Shown piece after piece: positions 48,664 to 55,860 of a stretch of DNA of 64,000 nucleotides (positions are counted from its first letter, which is position 1; every line of letters begins with the position of its first letter). The DNA lies in the IMG/VR virus record IMGVR_UViG_3300005613_000001, positions 463,113-527,112 of that record; one strand, written 5' to 3'. The notes under the pieces were generated by a model. The model saw only the letters and a program-made list of their open reading frames with translations, was not told the DNA's origin and did no database searches. The translations under genes and the position numbers were made by a program.

Positions 48664-50283
48664 ATGAGAACATTTAAAGAATACGTTTCATTAAAAGAGG
48701 CGGCTGGAAAAGAGTCAAGCGGGGAGAATATTGTTGCCAAAAATACCACTATCTTAGGTAAAGATGAAGAAGGCGTTGAACCCTTCATGGTTGGCGCACA
48801 ATATAACCGGAAAAACCTTGGCACACTTGTTAAAGCATTTCTTGCCAGCCCCGAAGTAGAATTTGGTCCCAATATGCTTGATAGCAAAGCCACGACAAAC
48901 CCAGGGCAAAGCACAAGCGGTTTGACCAAAAACAAGCTAAAAAAGAAGACCTTGTATCTCGTTGGAGGGGCAGTAAGAGATCACATGTTGGGCCAAACCC
49001 CCAGTGATTATGACTTGGCTACCGATGCTACAATGGATGAAATCCGCCTCATTTTAAAACATGCTGGATTTGCAGAACTTAGACCACAAACTGCGGTGGA
49101 TAAGAAAAAAGAGGATAAAAAGCCTGATCCAAAATACGACAATCTCCCCGCTGCTTCTGATAATCCGAAAAAGTTCTATGTAAAAGGCACAGACATTAAA
49201 GGCACAGAATTCGTCATGGGAGCTAAAATTCATGGCGAAGAATTTGAAATTGCCACCTTTAGAAAAGATTCCAAAGGGGAAAGCGACGGTAGAACAACTC
49301 GTATGAGCTTCACACCCAAGCTTGAAGAGGACGCTGCAAGGCGTGATTTTACAGTCAATTCAATGTATATCCCACTAACAAGTGAGAATGGCCCAAATAA
49401 TAAATTAATTGATATTTATGGTGGGGTGAGAGACTTAAAACGCAAAAAAGTAAGATTCGTAGGCGATCCAAAAGAAAGATTAGAAGAAGATGAATTGCGG
49501 GCTCTTCGTTATGCTAGATTTGCCTCAATTTTTGAAGATTTGGACATGCCAGATGATATTGTAGATGCCATCGGACAAATGGCTGGACTTAAATCTCTAC
49601 AACCGTTCACTGATAAAGCAGGAAGGCAAAGAGATAGAAGAAAAAGAATTCGTGATGAATTCTTAAAAACAATGAAGAAGGCAAGTGTTAATCCTAAAAA
49701 ATACTTGATGGCGTTAAAAAGACTAGGATTAATACCAGCTATATTCCCTAATTTAAAAATTAGATTAGATGGGCCTGATGATATAAGCGATAAAAGAGAA
49801 AAACATTTAGCTATCGCCTGGTTGCTTAAAGACAATGATCCAGCTAGTGTTTATAGTATACTTACAGATGCACACTGGACTCAAGATGAAGCAAAGCGAA
49901 TTAGTTTTCTAATTAAATTCCTTCACTTCCACCCAGAAATTGATCCTGATAACCTCAACCAAATGTCTTCTGCTTTTATGAAAAGTGGCTTATCAAGTGG
50001 TTACCTCGGCGGAAAAGAAATGGGACAAAAATCACTACTTTCAACTTGGGCTCAAATGAATCCTGATAGATTCCCCGAAGGCTCTGTTGATGCTTTCTTG
50101 AAACACGTTAGCCACGGCCCAATTAAAGTATCCCATGAAGATCCAATGTTCGCTGATTTGTTCGTAGTTGATCCCTTCAGCGGCAAAAGGCGTGGAACAC
50201 CAGGCATTGCACAAAGACAAGCAGAATTGGCACATAAGAGATTTTTAGATATCTTTAAAAGCGGCCAAGCAAAAAATGTATGA
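48664..50283 (+). CDS. cca: Class II CCA-adding tRNA nucleotidyltransferase
   Basis: LYLVGGAVRD...DYDLAT, EIATFR, DAARRDFTVN, D..GG..DL, EDELRALRYARF; no HD domain; no poly(A)-polymerase G(R/K)(R/K)F signature. Confidence 0.9.
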   Translation: MRTFKEYVSLKEAAGKESSGENIVAKNTTILGKDEEGVEPFMVGAQYNRKNLGTLVKAFLASPEVEFGPNMLDSKATTNPGQSTSGLTKNKLKKKTLYLVGGAVRDHMLGQTPSDYDLATDATMDEIRLILKHAGFAELRPQTAVDKKKEDKKPDPKYDNLPAASDNPKKFYVKGTDIKGTEFVMGAKIHGEEFEIATFRKDSKGESDGRTTRMSFTPKLEEDAARRDFTVNSMYIPLTSENGPNNKLIDIYGGVRDLKRKKVRFVGDPKERLEEDELRALRYARFASIFEDLDMPDDIVDAIGQMAGLKSLQPFTDKAGRQRDRRKRIRDEFLKTMKKASVNPKKYLMALKRLGLIPAIFPNLKIRLDGPDDISDKREKHLAIAWLLKDNDPASVYSILTDAHWTQDEAKRISFLIKFLHFHPEIDPDNLNQMSSAFMKSGLSSGYLGGKEMGQKSLLSTWAQMNPDRFPEGSVDAFLKHVSHGPIKVSHEDPMFADLFVVDPFSGKRRGTPGIAQRQAELAHKRFLDIFKSGQAKNV

Positions 50284-51019
50284 ACTTAATGTCTTAACTT
50301 GTAGACCTGATTACTTTTATATCACCCTGGCATCTTTGTTGTCTTCCGATTGGACCGATGATATTAATATATGCCTGGGTGTGGCAAATGGAAGATATAT
50401 TACACAATACCTGCAAGAAGGTAGAATTAAATTAAGAAGATTACATACTAAAAAATCTTATGCTGAAATTAAAGAATGGTTGAAACAAAGACAAGCCTCT
50501 TGGAATTTCTCTAAAATATTAAGAGGCGCTAATAGAAATAAAAGGGGCATCTTTGTTCTTGAAGATGATATAATTCTAAATCCCGATTGGTTCGCACACG
50601 CACATGAAGTAATAAATGAAATAGAAAAAATATCAGATAAGTTCATTCTGTCCATATATAGCCCACATAGGAAAATGGAAGTGGGTGAAAACGGTTTCGC
50701 AGAATACCCAATTGATAGGTTCTTTGGCACGCAAGGGATGTATTACACTCCTTCTGTTGCAATTAAATTGGGGCGGTTCCTACGCGATGGTAATTACCAG
50801 CCAGGACATGATGTGATGATGCATGATTTTTGCAAAGATGAGAAAATAAAAGTGTATGTTCCAAACCGCATAACAATTCAACATATTGGTGAGAAATCAG
50901 CATTTCATGGCACCACGCTCAAAAAAGGACAAGGACCAGTACCCGGTTACTTGTGGCCGACAACTTACGAAATGCCACACTTCCACACTTCAAAGAAATA
51001 CAAGCATCAAAATCTCTAA
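50276..51019 (+). CDS. GT-A fold glycosyltransferase (GT25/GT2-like)
   Basis: IFVLEDDIIL, FGTQGMYY, D.MM, IQHIG. Confidence 0.7.
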   Translation: MYELNVLTCRPDYFYITLASLLSSDWTDDINICLGVANGRYITQYLQEGRIKLRRLHTKKSYAEIKEWLKQRQASWNFSKILRGANRNKRGIFVLEDDIILNPDWFAHAHEVINEIEKISDKFILSIYSPHRKMEVGENGFAEYPIDRFFGTQGMYYTPSVAIKLGRFLRDGNYQPGHDVMMHDFCKDEKIKVYVPNRITIQHIGEKSAFHGTTLKKGQGPVPGYLWPTTYEMPHFHTSKKYKHQNL

Positions 51020-51022
51020 TCG

Positions 51023-51063
51023 AAAAGAAAGACCCCTTATCGTTGTTTCCAACAATAAGGGGT
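51023..51063 (-). terminator. Intrinsic terminator ending the ncRNA transcript
   Basis: ACCCCTTATTGTTG-GAAA-CAACGATAAGGGGT then CTTTCTTTT on the minus strand. Confidence 0.88.
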
Positions 51064-52045
51064 ATTCCCAGCAAGCACGTTCAGGATTCAGCACTCGTTA
51101 GAATAACTAAACCCTCCATTGAGTTCCATCACCTTTTGCCAGTCTCCGCAGGTAGTGCTTACCTTGAGGCTTTTAACCTCACCGCACGCAATTGGTATAA
51201 CCTACGGCGTGATAGTTGTGGGTAGTTTACCTGTTACTTGAACTTTCCGTGCTTCTGATGATTAAATTCCAACATGCTGCTGTTACCACAGTTTAGCTGG
51301 GCCTAATCTCAGGGTGTCACTTGAGCCCTTATAACGGCTCTACTCCTCAACTTCCCATTTTGTTTCGTGGTTGGATTCCACGTCGTTTCTGAATGCCATT
51401 AGGTTGGCATTAGGCTCAACGTTGCTATACAGCCCGACGACTGTGCCCGATATTCTCGGGGGATTTGCTCACAAGCAACTGGCTGCTTGTGGTCTATCCC
51501 GCAACGTGCTAGGGTGTCAGTAAATCCTCAGTTTATCGGCACCAAGCGATCACTTGGCTCCGTATCCGACTGAAGATGCTGATGTTGGGCTGACTTTGTT
51601 CCTTGTCACATTTCTGCGCACAAGGTTTATGTGCCAATCCCACCCTCTAGACGCTTACCACGTTAAATTCGCCTGACTGACAGTTCAGACAAAACCTAAT
51701 ATGGTTGGAAGAGAGACCTACAAATTAATGCTGGGTAGCTGTCAACAACCCGTCTCTAATCCACGCCTCGCATCGAAGCCTGCCTGTGAGTATCCGGTTT
51801 GAATTCTCAGACTTTGCCGTTTCGGCGCTGTCTGTTTCATCATTCCGTGACTTCAAGCTAAAAGGCTCTTTAGAATACCCGTCCGAAGACAAGCTCCCTT
51901 GGATACCTCCGCCTGAGAGTCCCCACCCCTTTTTATGCGGATTGGGGTTTTGTACCCGTGGTCCTATTTTTCAAGAGCCATCGGGTTCCACAGGACTCCT
52001 TGAGGCCACTTACACTTTACAGTATAAGTGCGGAACTCAGTACCA
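51064..52045 (-). ncRNA. ~1-kb highly structured non-coding RNA (GOLLD/ROOL-class candidate)
   Basis: No credible minus-strand ORF; dense hairpins with GNRA/UUCG loops; long-range TGAGTTCC (52039-52032)/GGAACTCA (51127-51120) closing helix; boxA upstream, terminator downstream. Confidence 0.8.
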
Positions 52046-52048
52046 AAT

Positions 52049-52060
52049 TGTCAAAGATCA
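52049..52060 (-). promoter_or_regulatory. boxA antitermination element
   Basis: TGATCTTTGACA vs rrn boxA TGCTCTTTAACA. Confidence 0.75.
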
Positions 52061-52063
52061 AAG

Positions 52064-52235
52064 TGAACAGAGCAGGGCTTGCACCTGCATTTCCTGGTTT
52101 ATCTAGTAGTTAAACTAAATTCCCAAGCGTTCTACAAAATTGATACACCTGTTGGGGTGTCCTCTAATCTCAACTTACCGGAGGCAGTGATAAAATTAGA
52201 GGCGAGATCAACTCCGTTAATTGAACTATCTGTTC
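52064..52235 (-). ncRNA. tRNA-like RNA B (172 nt) with 90-nt D-loop domain and extended anticodon arm
   Basis: GAACAGA/TCTGTTC acceptor, U8A9, GTTC/GAAC D-stem, CTTGG/CCAGG stem, AAAT, GCAGG-TGCAAGC-CCTGC T-arm, A73. Confidence 0.8.
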
Positions 52236-52236
52236 A

Positions 52237-52368
52237 GGCGAACAGGGCAGGATTCTCACCTGCATTTCCGGTAGCGGTGCTTTGGACAACGCTTCCAGCG
52301 TTTTGCACTATTCACTTGACACTGCCGGATGGCCGAGCAACTAATTAGTGCAGTTAAACTACCTGTTC
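52237..52368 (-). ncRNA. tRNA-like RNA A (130 nt plus encoded CC) with 52-nt D-loop domain and extended anticodon arm
   Basis: GAACAGG/CCTGTTC acceptor, U8A9, GTTT/AAAC D-stem, CTGG/CCGG stem, AAAT, GCAGG-TGAGAAT-CCTGC T-arm, G73-C-C. Confidence 0.8.
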
Positions 52369-52380
52369 TTGTGTTTCGTT

Positions 52381-52512
52381 CCCAGCATTTTAACAAATCA
52401 TTTGGCTGTGTCAAGCCCAATTTTTTGTCCGGTCTGCTGAGTAACCTTTGCCTTCTTCTCTGTTCTGTGCCCAGCATTTTAACAAATCATTTGGCTGTGT
52501 CAAGCCCAATTT
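52381..52512 (-). promoter_or_regulatory. Tandem duplicated sigma70 promoters (43-bp exact direct repeat, 89-bp period)
   Basis: Each copy TTGACA-N16-TAAAAT with extended -10 TG; -35 at 52503-52498 and 52414-52409. Confidence 0.88.
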
Positions 52513-52529
52513 GTTCGGACTGCTGGTGA

Positions 52530-52835
52530 CCTTTTGCTAAATTTTTCTCAATTCACTTATCAACCGTAGTTGATGCATTGTGATTGCGAATGGCTTTAGC
52601 TGCCTGGGTTCCCTCCACATGATTGACAACTTTTCCGAAGAGGTTGTCACAGTTTTTTTTCAGGGCTCCTCTTGTACTCCGTTGCCACACGGGCGGGTTC
52701 CCAAATCTCTCAAGGTGGCTTTATGATAACGACTTCTCCTCTTCTGTCAAGGGCAGAAGTTTGGGGATCGCTGCCTCTCTCCCTAGAGGCAGCAATTCCC
52801 CAGGAGCGTTAAAGGCTTCCATCGCCACCGATTGT
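52530..52835 (-). ncRNA. Second structured ncRNA candidate (~300 nt)
   Basis: GGTGGC/GCCACC enclosing helix, 16-bp GGGGA..CCTCT/AGAGG..TCCCC hairpin, cUUCGg and cUACGg loops; preceded by boxA. Confidence 0.6.
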
Positions 52836-52836
52836 G

Positions 52837-52864
52837 TTTTCAAAGAACGTTTGCCCCGAAGGAC
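52837..52864 (-). promoter_or_regulatory. boxB-like hairpin plus boxA
   Basis: GTCC-TTCG-GGGC hairpin followed by CGTTCTTTGAAAA. Confidence 0.7.
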
Positions 52865-52908
52865 GAGAGCCAAGTATAGCGGTTTGCCAAATCCATGCAA
52901 CCCCAATT

Positions 52909-55164
52909 TCACCGCTTGGAGGACTTTTTCTTGGAGAAGCGTAGCTTTTTAAATTTTCTACGCATATTGTCTTTTTTGTCTATCTCACCAGGAGGGTCGG
53001 AGTCACCGCATTGTCCCCTAAATGCCCCGCTTCCATCACCACTAGAAGAAAATGTATTCAGATCACCGTCTTCCCAAAAGCGGTTTTCTCCAAGACTACC
53101 GAGGAACTCACTATGATGTTTCCGAATATCAGCAGCATCTTTGGAACTAATTATACCTAATTTCTGTTGAAAGTCTATCCAATCACTAAGGGCTTCGCCT
53201 CCCCATGATATTCTTTCAAACCCGCTTAGTTTATTAAGAGGTTTAAACCGTACTGCTTTATCAATATGGTCTAACTTTTCTTCTCCTGGGTAGTTAATTT
53301 GGAAGAATTTTTTAGCCCTACGAATATTTGGTACAAATGCCTGGCCGTAAGATTTCCTGTCAGGAAGCTCATCTGATTCCATTGCATCGTGAAGATGCTT
53401 AAGCCTTCTTAAGAATTCGGACATATACACTTTCATGTCGGCATCTTGCATTGCTTGATCGTAAAACCTTTTAAGTATTTGACGATTATTCAAGGATGGT
53501 TTTTCTTTTGTTAATTTTCGCCAAGAATAAACTAAGTGTATTGCATGTGTTGTCTGTCTTATTGCTCTTTTTTCCCAATCTTCACGCTTTGAATCTACTG
53601 CCGCCTCTATTACTTCAAGCGTTTTCCTTAGAGTTGTTTCCAAAGAATGTTTTGTCATTTCCTCTGTGGTGCCTCTAATTGAAGAGCGATTTTTATAACC
53701 GGATGATCTACCATAGGAAACTATACTGTGAGCGCCTCTGTCTTCATCCCAATAATCAGCTTCATCTTTTAGATTGTTAAACCAATCATTGAATTCCCCG
53801 GTTAATTCAACCGAATCACTTATATCAAAATCTTGAGGAAGTCCTTTCCGTTTCCTCCACTCCGCCTTTAGGAAACTTTTCCACAAATTCATATCCCAAA
53901 GATATTCATTAGAAACTTTATATTGTCTTCTAAATTGATCTGCTAATTGGGCATATTTCAAACTAGGTCGTCCTTCAACTTGTTTATGTGTAGGATTTTC
54001 AAAGTTTGGAACTGTTGCAACGTGTTCCCAAGTACCAGGCGTAAGAAAAACAGCTTGCGTTGGCTCAGACGCATAAATAGTATCCGTCCCTATATCAGAG
54101 ATCCCAGAGACTCCCATTTTTCTTAGAATAGCTGACCACGTAATCCACGGGCGAGTATCACTAAGTTTGTCTGACCATCGTTTTGCCACCTGATAGAGAA
54201 CACCTATATCTGAATTGAAGCTATTTGATTTCACCCATTCTTTTGTTTTCTCAAAATCAACCTCAGGATGTTTTTCAGCAAATTTTTTCAACACATCCTC
54301 AAAAGGAATTCTACCCTGTTTACCCCTTTTGATTAATCTTTTTACATGCGTCCAATATTCTTTAAGTGTCTTGTTTATAAAGCGTATTGATTTTTCGCCA
54401 AGATTTTCTTCAATATCTAAATACTCACTGTTTTTCAAAATATCCCAAAAACCATCAACAAGCTCGTCCCAATTCACCTTTTTTATATCTCTAATAGAAC
54501 CAGACAAAGTAAGACTTTTATAAAGTGACTGCTGTAATGAATCTAGTGCTCTTGCTATCACTTGATACCATTGAACTTCATCCCTGGGTTCTCCAAAAAA
54601 CTCCTCAAGGTCTTCATTTTCTATTTTCCACACTTTCTGTAAGTGCTTAGAGATAACCATTCTATACTGATTTAACAAATACAAAGGATCTCGCCCGGCA
54701 TTGATAGACGAAGTTTGCATCATCTTGCCTTTATCATTCTTCTTCTTTGTTATTAAGACTTGAATCCAAGGCTTAGCAGAGGCAAACAAATCATCTGGGT
54801 TATCTCTCATCATTTTGATTGCATAACGAATTGGATATGCATAAAGACCTATAGGCGTCTCTGTCCATGTTGTCTTGGGATTAATGCCTAATTTTTCAAG
54901 ATCAGTGAAACTAACCCATATTTCCTTGGGATGTACACCTTTAGTTTTTAAAGCTTTTTTAATAAACTCTAAATGTGTTATTCTTTCATCATAACGATAT
55001 GTCCGCCCCGTTTTTGGATTGATAAGAGGGTGTTTCACATGGGCGGGAACTATCTTCTTTTGACCTTCTAAGATAGACTCAATGAGCATCTCCATCTCCG
55101 TGTTGTGGAGATCAAGTAAAATGTCCTCACATTCGGAGGTTATTAAATACTCAGAGAACTTCAT
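52909..55164 (-). CDS. Large probable virion internal protein (start reassigned to MKFSEYL)
   Basis: ATG at 55164 preceded by TATAAATA; capsid-targeting-like start; KLGINP..TP.G.Y.YP and GVSGISD.G...EPTQAVF motifs. Confidence 0.7.
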   Translation of the reverse strand: MKFSEYLITSECEDILLDLHNTEMEMLIESILEGQKKIVPAHVKHPLINPKTGRTYRYDERITHLEFIKKALKTKGVHPKEIWVSFTDLEKLGINPKTTWTETPIGLYAYPIRYAIKMMRDNPDDLFASAKPWIQVLITKKKNDKGKMMQTSSINAGRDPLYLLNQYRMVISKHLQKVWKIENEDLEEFFGEPRDEVQWYQVIARALDSLQQSLYKSLTLSGSIRDIKKVNWDELVDGFWDILKNSEYLDIEENLGEKSIRFINKTLKEYWTHVKRLIKRGKQGRIPFEDVLKKFAEKHPEVDFEKTKEWVKSNSFNSDIGVLYQVAKRWSDKLSDTRPWITWSAILRKMGVSGISDIGTDTIYASEPTQAVFLTPGTWEHVATVPNFENPTHKQVEGRPSLKYAQLADQFRRQYKVSNEYLWDMNLWKSFLKAEWRKRKGLPQDFDISDSVELTGEFNDWFNNLKDEADYWDEDRGAHSIVSYGRSSGYKNRSSIRGTTEEMTKHSLETTLRKTLEVIEAAVDSKREDWEKRAIRQTTHAIHLVYSWRKLTKEKPSLNNRQILKRFYDQAMQDADMKVYMSEFLRRLKHLHDAMESDELPDRKSYGQAFVPNIRRAKKFFQINYPGEEKLDHIDKAVRFKPLNKLSGFERISWGGEALSDWIDFQQKLGIISSKDAADIRKHHSEFLGSLGENRFWEDGDLNTFSSSGDGSGAFRGQCGDSDPPGEIDKKDNMRRKFKKLRFSKKKSSKR

Positions 55165-55169
55165 AAAAA

Positions 55170-55177
55170 TATTTATA
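55170..55177 (-). promoter_or_regulatory. T4-type late promoter motif
   Basis: Exact TATAAATA 5 nt upstream of the ATG at 55164. Confidence 0.5.
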
Positions 55178-55309
55178 GTTTGGCACTCAATTTGCGTCCA
55201 AATTAACTTAATTAAATTAGCTGTCAATATGGCAGCTAGAAGCCTAGACCTTGTAGGATGGGCTAACTGGACGTAGTTACGACAGTTTTTATAGAAAGAG
55301 AGGTATAGT

Positions 55310-55813
55310 ATGTTACGTCGCAATCGTCATGGGCATGGACACGGTAGATGCCGAAATGATTTTCTTTTCCCAATTGAAACGCAACTCAATAAGCTTTTTG
55401 ACCAATTCTTTGAAAGTGATGGTTTAAAAGATTCTGTCAAATCAACTCAGGGATATCCAAAAATGGATGTTATTGAAGATGATAATTGTTTGCAATTCAA
55501 ATTGGCGGTTCCTGGTGTGAAGTTAGATGATCTTCAAATTGAAGTTGAGGACTTTTTGGACAGGGTATCGCCCCATAGAATTTTAACAATCTCGGGTAAA
55601 ATGTCGGAAGAGTACGCTTCAAAAGATGATGCTGTATTCCACATCAGAGAACTAAGACACTCCCAATTCCAGAGAGTGCTTCAAATTCCTGATCTTGTAG
55701 AAGGAGAACCTGAAGCTGAACTTCATGATGGCATTTTGGTTCTCAAATGGAAAATCAAAAAGGAAGAATTGCCTCCTACAAAGAAAGCAATTCCAATTAA
55801 AACTACTGAATAA
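55310..55813 (+). CDS. hsp20: Small heat-shock protein Hsp20
   Basis: YPKMDV.E......VPGV...DL.I.....L.ISG...ELR.S.F.R....P.....A.L.DGIL.L. Confidence 0.95.
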   Translation: MLRRNRHGHGHGRCRNDFLFPIETQLNKLFDQFFESDGLKDSVKSTQGYPKMDVIEDDNCLQFKLAVPGVKLDDLQIEVEDFLDRVSPHRILTISGKMSEEYASKDDAVFHIRELRHSQFQRVLQIPDLVEGEPEAELHDGILVLKWKIKKEELPPTKKAIPIKTTE

Positions 55814-55819
55814 CCGAAA

Positions 55820-55854
55820 GAAACGCCCCGGTTTTACCGGGGCGTTTCTCTTTT
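55820..55854 (+). terminator. Intrinsic terminator after hsp20
   Basis: GAAACGCCCCGGT-TTT-ACCGGGGCGTTTC then TCTTTT. Confidence 0.88.
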
Positions 55855-55860
55855 AATTCT

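Noticed and set aside
51064-52045. Group I or group II intron
   Set aside because: GAGCCG and GAGACT words occur, but there is no 34-nt domain V, no P7 partner and no flanking exons; the element has its own boxA and terminator
52240-52270. GGAAAT-GCAGGTGAGAATCCTGC as a cobalamin riboswitch core
   Set aside because: No GCCACTG B12 box or downstream ORF; the hairpin sits in T-arm position between complementary acceptor strands
52064-52368. Ordinary or suppressor tRNA genes with an assignable anticodon (e.g. CAA or TTA)
   Set aside because: The loops at the tips of the extended arms lack canonical 7-nt U33/R37 geometry on a 5-bp stem, so no anticodon can be assigned
52381-52512. 43-bp direct repeat as a mini-CRISPR array
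   Set aside because: Only two copies, not palindromic, no cas genes, and each copy is a complete sigma70 promoter
51786-52952. Short ORFs in the ncRNA locus (51786, 52079, 52256, 52329, 52623, 52721)
   Set aside because: Atypical composition, no SD, and they overlap promoters, boxA sites and conserved-looking helices
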